NCBI GenBank assembly: GCA_030583845.1
Contig: CP129478.1
Span: 715,686 to 779,685 of the forward strand
DNA from: Candidatus Dojkabacteria bacterium
GTDB lineage: Bacteria; Patescibacteriota; Dojkabacteria; SC72; JAHDCA01
DNA: 64,000 nt
Direction of reading: 5' to 3'
Shown in pieces: positions 20,325 to 30,029 of the stretch (position 1 is the first letter of the stretch; each line of letters starts with the position of its first letter). Below the pieces are notes generated by a model, which saw only the letters and a list, made by a program, of their open reading frames with translations, had not been told where the DNA came from and ran no database searches. The position numbers were made by a program, and so were the translations under genes.

Positions 20325-20546
20325 GGATCGAGAGTATGCTGGGAAGCTGGGGCGGAGGGGGAGTAAGTACTCTGAAAGATTCACTTGGGAGAAGTGCGCG
20401 GGTGAGGTCGAGAAGGTCTTGGAGGGTGTCTACAGGGAGTATTTCCCTGATGCAAAGAGCCGCAAAAAGCGCAAAACAAGGTAGTGGCTTCTTATGCTGG
20501 TCGCACGTATAATTGACCTGATTTTGAGATTAACTCTTCTAATTCA

Positions 20547-21046
20547 ATGGTAATTGAAATCTTGGCTCTGCTCGGTTACGTGCTGGTCGCGCTGTTGGTA
20601 GTAGCGGGACTTGTACTTAGCGCTATCAATCTACCAGGCATCTGGCTGGTGTTTCTTGCATCTTTGCTTGCTGCATTCATCAATAGATTCGACGAGATTA
20701 GCTGGCCTTGGATTATTCTATTTTTGTTTATGGCGATCGCAGGGATCTTTGTTGGACAACCTGATCGTGCTCTTTCAGCGCCAAGAAGTTTGGCGCAGGA
20801 AAGTGGGGGATTGTTGGGGCGATACTGGGGATGATTGTCGGCTTCTTTGTCGGAGGATTCGTCGGTGTAATTGTGGGGCCGTTTGTTGGTGTGGTGATAT
20901 TTGAGCTGTTGATTGATAAGAAAGAGATCAAGGCAGCACTCAAGTCTGGGCTTGGCACCGTGGTTGGTTTCATTGCTTCGGTTTTCTTGAAGTTTGGGCT
21001 TTCAATGTCGATTGTTGGGATAATGTTGCTGCTATTGGTAGGATAG
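20547..21046 (+). pseudogene. DUF456-family small membrane protein interrupted by a 1-nt frameshift near 20778-20786
   Basis: The N-terminal ORF (20547..20834) and the C-terminal ORF (20831..21046) are in different frames. Joined, they give ...RALSAP|KKFGAGKWGIVGAILGMIVGFFVGGFVGVIVGPFVGVVIFELL..., a canonical DUF456 glycine-zipper membrane protein. Confidence 0.55.
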
Positions 21047-21868
21047 TAGGAGTCTGTGACTTATAGAGGGATATTTCGTTAAAACGGCTTGGCATTCCTT
21101 GGCCTGTGCGATAAGATCAGTGTCAGATGAGACAGGCATAACTAAGTAAGAGCTCTTTTCGAAAGCAGTCGAGACTATTTCTACGATCCAGAGATTCCTG
21201 GACATATCAATTAGGGCAATCTGTTTGGCATCTGCCGAAGGATAGCCGGCTTTGAAGTTATTCGGCATCTGCAGGCCAATGTTTTGATTACCGACCATTA
21301 GCTCTGTCTCCTCCTGGCCACTAATAATTACATCACTTCCAGGTGTTTTTGCTTCGGCTAGCTGTCGTGTACCGCCTTCGTACTGGTAATACTTCTCTGG
21401 GGCTCCGTGATAATTGTTTGTCAGCAAGATAGAGGTAGGTGAGCAGTTGAGTGGCCTGACAGTTTGGTGAAGCTCAATAGTGTCGATACTCTTCCGTTCC
21501 GAATCTAAAATCGTGATGCTAGTCGCAAACTGATCAGGAGAGAATATAACGGAGTTGCTATATTGGCAGAAGAAAACTTCACGACCGTTGTAGCCTGCAA
21601 CCTCACCCTCTGGATGTTCAGCTAGAATTTTACTCACTCTATTTTTCGGATCATGTCGAGCCAGGAGGGTGGGTGTGTGGATTATAAGCTCTTCATCTAT
21701 CCATTCAACAAGGCTTACGCTCGAAAATTCACCAATAGGGTAGAGCAGGATCTTTGGTTTCGACTCTGGCTCATTCCTACCTTTTCCGACAAACCACACA
21801 ATCGGTATAGCTGGAGCGAACAGAAGGAATAATGATAGCGAAATAATTAATAGCTTGAATCTTCTCAT
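21032..21868 (-). CDS. Hypothetical membrane-anchored or secreted protein, co-transcribed with the M23 peptidase
   Basis: 278 aa with an N-terminal TM or signal sequence (MRRFKLLIISLSLFLLFAPAIPIV). It starts 3 nt after the upstream peptidase stop. I could not place it in a known family. Confidence 0.45.
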   Translation of the reverse strand: MRRFKLLIISLSLFLLFAPAIPIVWFVGKGRNEPESKPKILLYPIGEFSSVSLVEWIDEELIIHTPTLLARHDPKNRVSKILAEHPEGEVAGYNGREVFFCQYSNSVIFSPDQFATSITILDSERKSIDTIELHQTVRPLNCSPTSILLTNNYHGAPEKYYQYEGGTRQLAEAKTPGSDVIISGQEETELMVGNQNIGLQMPNNFKAGYPSADAKQIALIDMSRNLWIVEIVSTAFEKSSYLVMPVSSDTDLIAQAKECQAVLTKYPSISHRLLLSYQ

Positions 21869-21870
21869 GA

Positions 21871-24402
21871 TTAGTAACTTGGATGTGGATTATTTCCTGT
21901 CAATCTTCCAGGATTTGCGTTGGCTCCAAGAGTCGGGATCTTGCTCCAGTCAACATCCAAATGTGGCACTGGGTCAGTGTTATCCTTTTGATCCTTGCTC
22001 TTGCGCAGCTCGAAGTGGAGGTGGTATGCGAGAGGTTGGCAATTATATGCACCGCTGTTGCCGCTTACTCCAACCTGGTCGCCCTTTTTGATATTCTCAC
22101 CAACTCTCCAATCAATTCCACCGGCCTTTTTATAATTTTCTAGATGAAAGTAGAGTGAGCTCATGCCGTTACCATGATCAATCCTTAATATATTGCCACC
22201 GGATAGACATGGGCCGTAGTAGCTATCCCAACCTACAAATCCGATCTTCCCATTAGCGGTGGCAAAGAGTTTCTCGCGCGTACTGCCAAAATCTATACCG
22301 GTGTGGTGGTCATTGAAGGCAGTTTTGCCCCACCATTGAGTTACTCCAATCATTTTGGCAAACGGGTATTTAAAATACTTCTCGATCAATGTCCTATCCT
22401 CAATCTGGTTGATAGTGCTGCTATTAGAAGTTTTAGAAGTGCCGTTGATTTGCAGCCAGAAGCCACCCTTTATTCGTGTCGCGAGATTAAGTTCGAATGC
22501 AATAGTAGCAGCTTTTCCTTTATATGTTTCGCCGTTTGAGAAAAGCGAGTGTATATTTTCATCGACATTGGATGATTGATACTCGCGAGTACTTTTATTG
22601 TTTAGGACTAATTTAGCAGCTCCGATGCTTGTGACTATGACTTTTTCAGAGCTATCCTTAAATGGTAGGCAGAATGTGGTGAAAGCGTGTGGGATCTTGC
22701 ACTTATAATAATCAATATCCAGAGTCACATTTCTTTTAAACTGTGAGACGGCATTAATCCAGTAGTTTTTCTGATCCACTTTTATCTGACTCACCTGCTT
22801 GAGATTTGGTGCGCCAAACTTACAGGAAACAACACGAAGAGTTTTCAGATCTAGGTTGGCCTCAACCTTGCACCGATTGGCTGTGCTACTACGACTAGCG
22901 AGAGGAGATCCAAGAACAGATCTCAGCTCCTCAGCTGTGGATTCAGTTCCGAGCACTGCCTCGGTTGGAGCTACAAATTTGATTGGAACTGATCGCTCAC
23001 TCTGATTACCCGCAGCATCCAAGCTAGAAGCACTGTACGAGTACTCTTTCCCGGGCTCCCACTGCTCGACCAGTAAAAGTGGTTGACTCAACTCACCACC
23101 AGAAATGTTTTTAATTATCACACCATTCTCGAGTACTCTCACCGCGTTATCAGCATCCACTGAGATCTTAGCGCTGATGCTTTTAGCCAGCACGTCTGGC
23201 AAGAGTTCAATTACTGGAGTAGACGGAGGCGTCCAGTCGGTTATAAAACTAACCGACGACTCAGAGCTGTTGCCCGCACTGTCGACACCAACTACCTTCA
23301 GCAAGTTCTCGCCCTCCTTATCTGTGTTCACACTGCTCACCGGGAGTGAAATCTCTGCCTCATTTATATACAGCTTATACTCGCTATCAGCCTCCATGCC
23401 GCTTAGCTCGACAGGGACTACATGCTTGTTTGTAAGCAGCCCGTTCGTTGGGTAAAGGATTCGAACAGCGCCTGGCGAGCTCCAATCGAGAGTGAGCCTA
23501 CTCGGTGCTGTTGCCGATACGAGGTCGGAATTTCTTCTCCTGCTCTTCACGATCCATTCATATTCACCTTCACGCTCGAACTGATAGGTCAACGACTTTG
23601 CTTCGACCCACTCGCTTTGATAAACAGCTGAGCTATTCCGGCTAATCATCAGCTGATATTCCACGCCATCTTGCTGCTCATGCTTCCACTCAAATAGGAT
23701 ATTCCGATCCGCGCTATGCAACCCATCCACAGGAGTAAGTTCTGTCGCAGCAGCGACAGGCAGCTCCTCACCATACACAACTTCGAGATAAGGGATCTGA
23801 TTTAGATTGCAACGCGGTGAATCCAGATGGTTCACACAATCTTTCGACCAGAAGAGTGCACCAGGGAGAGCCTCATCTAGCACCTTGATGCCATAGCCTC
23901 GCGGCCACCGGCTCTCATCGGCAAATTGCGAGCGAAAGATCTCGGTCACATCAAAGACCTCAACTCCTGCACCAATATTCTGATTCACCACCTGCTGATA
24001 TCGCACATCAGGCAGAGCTGGCTGGTTGCTCCAATTCAGATTGCGATCTTCCCACAAAGCCGCTGTCTCAAACAGCTCCACAGTGTACTCCTCGCCGGCC
24101 ATATCCCTGTATTCTGACAGATACAGCTTTGCCGAAACCAGATTCTCCTGTCTGACCTCTTCGTCCCTGATAACCGAGTAGTCAAACTTGAGATAGGTAC
24201 GTGTTTCTCGTCGCGGTATTACACCATCGTAGCCTACCGAGAGATCTCGTGTGAGATACGAAGAAGATGTCGGATACCAGCGCTTTGTGAGCGTGTCTTG
24301 TGTGGGGTAGAGGATGAAGCGTTGATCTTCTGCGCTCGCAACCCCCGCGCAGATTAGGTAAAGGATGGCAGAAATGGCAGTAATCAATATTGATCTGAGC
24401 AT
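21871..24402 (-). CDS. Large secreted multidomain M23 (LytM-type) metallopeptidase
   Basis: Signal peptide MLRSILITAISAILYLICAGVASA. A C-terminal M23 domain carries HTGIDFG...D and HLHFE zinc-binding motifs. Ig/Fn3-like beta domains lie in the middle. The N-terminal domain has an E-D-R-N-L-N-W-S-N-Q-P stretch reminiscent of DNRLRE/carbohydrate-binding modules. Confidence 0.8.
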   Translation of the reverse strand: MLRSILITAISAILYLICAGVASAEDQRFILYPTQDTLTKRWYPTSSSYLTRDLSVGYDGVIPRRETRTYLKFDYSVIRDEEVRQENLVSAKLYLSEYRDMAGEEYTVELFETAALWEDRNLNWSNQPALPDVRYQQVVNQNIGAGVEVFDVTEIFRSQFADESRWPRGYGIKVLDEALPGALFWSKDCVNHLDSPRCNLNQIPYLEVVYGEELPVAAATELTPVDGLHSADRNILFEWKHEQQDGVEYQLMISRNSSAVYQSEWVEAKSLTYQFEREGEYEWIVKSRRRNSDLVSATAPSRLTLDWSSPGAVRILYPTNGLLTNKHVVPVELSGMEADSEYKLYINEAEISLPVSSVNTDKEGENLLKVVGVDSAGNSSESSVSFITDWTPPSTPVIELLPDVLAKSISAKISVDADNAVRVLENGVIIKNISGGELSQPLLLVEQWEPGKEYSYSASSLDAAGNQSERSVPIKFVAPTEAVLGTESTAEELRSVLGSPLASRSSTANRCKVEANLDLKTLRVVSCKFGAPNLKQVSQIKVDQKNYWINAVSQFKRNVTLDIDYYKCKIPHAFTTFCLPFKDSSEKVIVTSIGAAKLVLNNKSTREYQSSNVDENIHSLFSNGETYKGKAATIAFELNLATRIKGGFWLQINGTSKTSNSSTINQIEDRTLIEKYFKYPFAKMIGVTQWWGKTAFNDHHTGIDFGSTREKLFATANGKIGFVGWDSYYGPCLSGGNILRIDHGNGMSSLYFHLENYKKAGGIDWRVGENIKKGDQVGVSGNSGAYNCQPLAYHLHFELRKSKDQKDNTDPVPHLDVDWSKIPTLGANANPGRLTGNNPHPSY

Positions 24403-24515
24403 ATTTTCCAGTTCAAATTTATACCTACTCAGATTCTCTCAGTAAATTATTAAAATAAATTAAAATCTGCAGAAAACCGCGCAGCTCTACAGTTAAAGAT
24501 TACTTAAGCCTCAGG

Positions 24516-24524
24516 TGATATAAT
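24516..24524 (+). promoter_or_regulatory. Candidate extended -10 promoter element (TGATATAAT) upstream of secA
   Basis: The TGnTATAAT match lies 32 nt upstream of the secA ATG, in the divergent intergenic region shared with the M23 peptidase gene. Confidence 0.3.
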
Positions 24525-24555
24525 CACAAAGTTCTACTTCAAATATTCCTAAAAA

Positions 24556-27552
24556 ATGTTCAACCTAATATCGAAGCTGTTCGATTCAAACGATAAGCAG
24601 ATTAAGAAAATCCAGCCCATAATTAATAAGATCAATGAGCTTGAGGATTGGAGCTCAAAGCTGTCCGATGATGAGCTTGCTGCAAAGACCACGGAATTCC
24701 GCAAAAAACTGGGAGTGGATATAAACAAGCTAGAGTGGGATTCGGAGTTTAACAAGCAAGAGGTCAAGGCAGAGCTGTTCGAGCTACTTCCGGAGGCATT
24801 CGCAATTGTCCGTGAGGCGGCCAAAAGATACACGGACCATAAGCACTTCGATGTGCAGATGGTGGCAGGCTATTTTCTCGCAGACAACAAGATCTCCGAG
24901 CTATTCACTGGAGAGGGAAAAACCAACGCAGCAAACCTACCTCTTTACCTCTATGCACTTACTGGTCGAAGCGCTCATCTGATTACAGTCAACGATTACC
25001 TCGCAAGACGTGACGGTGAGTGGAATGGGCATATCTTCAATCCACTTGGCATAAGTGTTGCGGTAGTAAATAATGGCGCCACATACAAATTCGTATCAGA
25101 TGAGGAGGCGATCGAGCGCAAAGGCGACGATGCCAAGAACGCAATCAAAGAACGAGATAAGAAGCGGAAAGAGGCTGGAAGGCTCAAGCTCGACATGATG
25201 GACGGCACCAATCTGATAGAGGTGAGCAAGCAGGAGGCGTATGCATGTGATGTGGTGTATGGGACTAATAATGAGTTTGGCTTCGACTACCTCCGTGACA
25301 ACATGGCTAGAAGATTGGGTGATAGGGTTCAGAGGAGATTGCATTTCGCGATTGTGGATGAGGCAGACTCAATCTTGGTTGACGAGGCGAGAACTCCGTT
25401 GATCATTTCGCAAAGCGCGCAAGCATCAAATGACCTTTATAAGCAGTTTGCTAATATAGTTAAGCAGATTAACAGGGACGAGCATTACACAATTGACGAG
25501 AAGACCAACTCCGTAGCTCTAAATGATGCTGGAATAGATCGATTAGAGAAGCTGCTGAAGACAGACAACATTTATGAAAATTCTCAATTCGCATACCATC
25601 TGGAAAATGCATTGAAGGCAAAAGAGCTCTATGTCCGCGACGACGAGTATATTATCCGCGATGGAGAGGTACTGATTGTGGATGAGTTTACAGGACGCGC
25701 AATGACAGGAAGGCGTTATTCAGAAGGTCTGCATCAGGCTATCGAGGCGAAAGAGGGAGTAGAGGTAAAGCGCGAGTCTCGAACACTTGCTACTATCACA
25801 CTTCAGAACTATTTTAGGCTTTACGACTTTATGTCCGGTATGACTGCTACAGCTTTGACTGAGGCCGAGGAATTCTCAAATATTTATAAGCTTGATGTTG
25901 TGGTTGTGCCAACTAACAGGCCTGTGGTGCGGGAAGATCTGAATGACCTGGTATATCGCAGCGAGATGGGGAAATTCAAGGCAATTGTGAATGATATCAA
26001 AGAGCACCATGAGAAAGGACAGCCGATGCTTGTGGGTACTGCGTCAGTTGAGCGGTCAGAGATCCTCTCGAATATGCTCGACCAGGAGGGAATTCCACAC
26101 GAGGTGCTGAACGCAAAGAATCACGAGCGAGAAGCAAAGATTGTCCAGAATGCTGGCCAGCTCGGTGCTGTCACTATCGCTACAAACATGGCCGGTCGTG
26201 GTACAGATATCGCACTTGGGAAAGGTGTTAAAGAGCTTGGCGGTCTATATGTGATCGGATCAGAGCGACATGAGTCTAGGCGAATCGACAACCAGCTACG
26301 AGGTCGATCAGGAAGACAGGGTGATCCAGGAACTTCGAGATTTTATGTCTCATTTGAAGATGAATTGATGCGGCTTTTCGCAGGTGAGAGAGTAAAGTCA
26401 ATCATGAGCTCAATCGGCATGGATGATGATATGCCGATCTCGGCAGGTATGCTGGGAAACATCATCGAGAGCGCACAGAAGAAGGTCGAAGCATACAACT
26501 TCGACATCAGAAAGCGACTGGTTGAGTATGATGACGTGCTTAATCAGCAGAGAGACATTGTGTATGGATTGAGGAAGAGAGTGCTCTCTGTGATTGAGGA
26601 TGGCGATAAGGCAGAGATAAAAGCAGTAAAGATCGATGAGAAGGTTTTGAAAAAGCTGGATATAAATGCAATCTTGGAGGATATTGATGGTTTCTCCTTA
26701 AAAGACAAGGAAAGTTGGGAGGTCGATCAGTTTAAGAAATATCCGCAGATTCACCGCCCTGCAAATTTCTGGATCTTGAAAAGGATTGTAGATCATGTGA
26801 GATATGTCGTCGCTGCACAGCTGCAAGATGATATGAAGATTGACAATGAGGAGGAGCGAAAGACGTTTGCTCAGGTGCAGTCACTGATGACTGACGAAAT
26901 TACTGAGAGCGCCGCTAAAGCATTAGGCTACAAGGATTTCGGAGATTTCTTCAAAGATGTAGATTCGAGGAAAGATGCCGCTGAGAAAGAAAATCTATTG
27001 CTGCAGCTAGTAATTGTAGGGTTTATACAGCATATCGATGCAATTAATCCGAAAGCTGTTGGGGAGCTCAGCAGATTGCTCATTTTGCAGTCGATCGACA
27101 ATTTCTGGATGGAGCATCTGGATGCTATGGGTGACCTACGAGAGGGTGTAGGCATGCGAAGCATGGCTCAACGAGATCCGCTTGTTGAGTATAAGAATGA
27201 AGGATTCCAGCTGTTCGAGAAGATGCTGAGCAGTGTTGACGATGCAGTTGTAAATAGGTTCTATAAAGTGCGCGTAGTGGAACGGGATGAAAGTGTAGCT
27301 CAGGCAAGAGCGATTCATGAGACTGTGGGAGCTATCGGTGGCGGATCGGTGAAAAGTGATGCAGGCAGCGCCTTGGATGCTAAAGTGCGTGCAGTAAGGC
27401 GAGATGCGGCGCAGTCACGCAAAGATGAGCGTCCTGGTGAGACCTCAAAGCAGAAAACTGTGGTACGTCAGGACCAGAAGGTGGGGAGAAATGATCCTTG
27501 TCCGTGTGGTAGCGGGAAGAAGTATAAGAAGTGTCACGGCAAGGGATTGTAG
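24556..27552 (+). CDS. secA: Preprotein translocase ATPase SecA
   Basis: 998 aa with DEAD-like motor motifs. The conserved N-terminus is MFNLISKLF...[16 protein letters not shown]. The C-terminal zinc-binding tail is [16 protein letters not shown]. Confidence 0.95.
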   Translation: MFNLISKLFDSNDKQIKKIQPIINKINELEDWSSKLSDDELAAKTTEFRKKLGVDINKLEWDSEFNKQEVKAELFELLPEAFAIVREAAKRYTDHKHFDVQMVAGYFLADNKISELFTGEGKTNAANLPLYLYALTGRSAHLITVNDYLARRDGEWNGHIFNPLGISVAVVNNGATYKFVSDEEAIERKGDDAKNAIKERDKKRKEAGRLKLDMMDGTNLIEVSKQEAYACDVVYGTNNEFGFDYLRDNMARRLGDRVQRRLHFAIVDEADSILVDEARTPLIISQSAQASNDLYKQFANIVKQINRDEHYTIDEKTNSVALNDAGIDRLEKLLKTDNIYENSQFAYHLENALKAKELYVRDDEYIIRDGEVLIVDEFTGRAMTGRRYSEGLHQAIEAKEGVEVKRESRTLATITLQNYFRLYDFMSGMTATALTEAEEFSNIYKLDVVVVPTNRPVVREDLNDLVYRSEMGKFKAIVNDIKEHHEKGQPMLVGTASVERSEILSNMLDQEGIPHEVLNAKNHEREAKIVQNAGQLGAVTIATNMAGRGTDIALGKGVKELGGLYVIGSERHESRRIDNQLRGRSGRQGDPGTSRFYVSFEDELMRLFAGERVKSIMSSIGMDDDMPISAGMLGNIIESAQKKVEAYNFDIRKRLVEYDDVLNQQRDIVYGLRKRVLSVIEDGDKAEIKAVKIDEKVLKKLDINAILEDIDGFSLKDKESWEVDQFKKYPQIHRPANFWILKRIVDHVRYVVAAQLQDDMKIDNEEERKTFAQVQSLMTDEITESAAKALGYKDFGDFFKDVDSRKDAAEKENLLLQLVIVGFIQHIDAINPKAVGELSRLLILQSIDNFWMEHLDAMGDLREGVGMRSMAQRDPLVEYKNEGFQLFEKMLSSVDDAVVNRFYKVRVVERDESVAQARAIHETVGAIGGGSVKSDAGSALDAKVRAVRRDAAQSRKDERPGETSKQKTVVRQDQKVGRNDPCPCGSGKKYKKCHGKGL

Positions 27553-27554
27553 CC

Positions 27555-29156
27555 TTACACAGGAGATTCATGCGATACAAATTCGGAAATGAAAAGCTCC
27601 GACCGATCTTCACTTACTTTGACCAATGCATTTATCTTCGCGACAAGTCGCCCCAACCCGTCAAGGCTGTCGGAGAATCCTTTTGTCTGGCTGGCATAAT
27701 TCCCTTGCTGAATCTGTTGCTCGTAGGACTCCCAAACAGTCGGAGACTTAGCGGTTCTTGGGCTAACTTGGCTAATAGCCTTAAATAGTGACAGTAGAAA
27801 AATCAGTGGTATAAAGCTTCGATTCTCAAGAAAACTTGCGTGGGTCAGCGACTTCTCCGTAAATTCTAAGTAATCCTTCGCAATATTTCTTGCGTAATAG
27901 ACACTTCTTATGTTACTCAACGGGGCAATACTATCCTGATCATTTTCGTAAAGGTGGTCGTGCAAGATGCCATACTGCTCAGTAGCAGCCTCTGTATTGA
28001 AGTGTACACCCAGTAGTTTCTGTGCTTCATCGAGAAACACTTCTGTATATCGTTCTTTTGTAGGGGAGGGCAGAGGGATTATATCGTCAAAAAATTTTGT
28101 GCCACCGAGGAAAGCTTCTCCCTCCATAACCCACTTTTGTTCGTCTTTCGTGAGCATCTTTCCAATTACTTTGCTTAACATATGTTTGTCAAATGCAGTT
28201 ACAACAGTAAGATGGTTGAACTGTGAAAGGTCTTTAGCAATCTTGAGGATGGAAACGAGGTACTGAGCGCGCACATCTCTTTCGATGTCATCAAGGAATA
28301 CATACAGATCAATATGAAATGCCTCGATTACTTCGCTTATTCGCCGTTGTATGTCACTCGAAGACTTGCGCGGGAGCATAGTACTCATCACTTTATATAG
28401 GATCCCGTACTCTGGTTGTATCGTTGAGATTAGCTCTCCGTACTTTGCTAGGTCGGCATAGAGATTAAATCCTGTTTCTCGCTCTATTTCTAAGGCAATT
28501 TTCTCTAAGATCATGGAAAGTATGTCGTTGTAGGTGGTAGCTCCTAGGAAAGATGCGTATATAACTACATTTTTGCTTTGGGTCTGTTGTGGTTTCTTCA
28601 ATCCCTTGATCATCTCAGCAAGGACGAATGACTTCCCGGTACCCCATCCTCCAGTGATAGCGACTGAACTCTTACTAGTGTTCTGGATAGCTGCTAGTGC
28701 TTTGTCTCTAACCTCATCACGATCAAGTTTATCACCGCTCTGGTGAGACTTCAGAAAACTGGATAGATCTACGTCATCTTCATTGAGAGGTCTTTGCTTG
28801 TAACTACTCCCTACAAAGATAGCACCAATACCGAGAACGCCTAAAAGGAAATAATAGAAAATAATTACCGATTCCACATTACCCCCGCTATCGTCTGATT
28901 CCATTTTTGCCTCATAAAATTCAACTACTACCTCAGCGCGGGATTCAATATTTTCATCTAATGTTTGGAGCGCGTCGACAACCTTGTCAGCAGAAAGAAT
29001 TAGTATAATGGAAAGGATAAGACATCCGACAAGCATTCGCACATAAGTATCTACAACTCCTTTAGTTCGAGAATTGAACTTAATAAGGGCAAACAAATGT
29101 TTTGAGTGGTAGCCAAGAAGAGCAAGTATTATAAGCGTGATGAAGAGGTATATCAC
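27555..29156 (-). CDS. KAP-family P-loop NTPase with three N-terminal transmembrane helices
   Basis: Walker A VAITGGWGTGKSFV matches the KAP-signature GxWGxGKS. Walker B is LYVFLDDIERD. Three hydrophobic helices occupy the first 130 aa. The gene starts with GTG. Confidence 0.8.
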   Translation of the reverse strand: MIYLFITLIILALLGYHSKHLFALIKFNSRTKGVVDTYVRMLVGCLILSIILILSADKVVDALQTLDENIESRAEVVVEFYEAKMESDDSGGNVESVIIFYYFLLGVLGIGAIFVGSSYKQRPLNEDDVDLSSFLKSHQSGDKLDRDEVRDKALAAIQNTSKSSVAITGGWGTGKSFVLAEMIKGLKKPQQTQSKNVVIYASFLGATTYNDILSMILEKIALEIERETGFNLYADLAKYGELISTIQPEYGILYKVMSTMLPRKSSSDIQRRISEVIEAFHIDLYVFLDDIERDVRAQYLVSILKIAKDLSQFNHLTVVTAFDKHMLSKVIGKMLTKDEQKWVMEGEAFLGGTKFFDDIIPLPSPTKERYTEVFLDEAQKLLGVHFNTEAATEQYGILHDHLYENDQDSIAPLSNIRSVYYARNIAKDYLEFTEKSLTHASFLENRSFIPLIFLLSLFKAISQVSPRTAKSPTVWESYEQQIQQGNYASQTKGFSDSLDGLGRLVAKINALVKVSEDRSELFISEFVSHESPV

Positions 29157-29369
29157 TTCAGTTGTGGTTAATATTAAGTATTACCTTCCTAATATCACAT
29201 TTGCGGAAAATGGTCTAATGTAGAAAGCCTCGTACTACAGGGTTTATTGACAGGACTATTTGCCTATATTATTCTGAACTATAAATAAAAGCTTTGGAGC
29301 GAGGAATTTCTAATATTGAATAGCTCCGGTTTTCAAGGCTGGTAATTTTAATCTCGACTTTGTTTTTTA

Positions 29370-29978
29370 ATGACTGCCCCAAAAGCAAAGAAAATCTCGC
29401 CGAAGGAGAAGCAATCGGCCACAGTTGATGAGTCGATGAAGAAGCTCTCCGACGAGAAAGGGATTCAATTCGTTGTTTTCGCCCCAGTAAATGCCGATCC
29501 AGATGATGAGGATAGCCGTATCTATATGGTTTGTCCTGCGTCGCTTAAGGTTGTTGAGGTGGTAGAAAAGTCTGGCGAAGAGGCTGATGAGTATCTCACA
29601 CGACTTGGCAAGACGAAGAAGAAGACCGAGCAGTCCTCGTCCACATTTATTGATGATCTAGGAGATGCTGTTGATGTGGATGATAGCTTGGTTCAGGATG
29701 GTAGTGGGTATAGCGCTGCGAAGAAAAAGAATGATGAGGAGGAGGAAGTGGCAGGAGAGCTTGGCAGTTTTGAAGATATTGAAGAGGATGTGGTCGCATT
29801 TGCAAACGACTCGTTGCTTGATATTTTCCCAGATGATGGCACTTCAGGAGATGCTACTTCTGCGGTATCAGATGTGGATATGGCTGATGCACTTGCACTT
29901 CTTGATCAGGATGACGAAGTTGGTGATATTGAGCTGGATGACTTCTCAGACGACGACGGGGAATTACCTTCTCTTTAG
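29370..29978 (+). CDS. Hyper-acidic small protein (DUF1292-like N-terminal core plus an Asp/Glu-rich tail)
   Basis: 202 aa. The core IQFVVFAPVNADPDDEDSRIYMVCPASLKVVEVV resembles DUF1292/UPF0473. The C-terminal 120 aa are roughly 40% D/E. It is divergent from the KAP NTPase. Confidence 0.45.
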   Translation: MTAPKAKKISPKEKQSATVDESMKKLSDEKGIQFVVFAPVNADPDDEDSRIYMVCPASLKVVEVVEKSGEEADEYLTRLGKTKKKTEQSSSTFIDDLGDAVDVDDSLVQDGSGYSAAKKKNDEEEEVAGELGSFEDIEEDVVAFANDSLLDIFPDDGTSGDATSAVSDVDMADALALLDQDDEVGDIELDDFSDDDGELPSL

Positions 29979-30029
29979 TATTCGCAATTTTTCCATGTAT
30001 ATAGTGGTTTCTGTGGTAAACTTCATTAA

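Noticed and set aside
19203-21046. Programmed ribosomal frameshifting as the explanation for the GT4 and DUF456 breaks
   Set aside because: There is no slippery heptamer or downstream pseudoknot-like structure at the junctions. Several unrelated genes are affected, so indel mutations or assembly errors are far more parsimonious.
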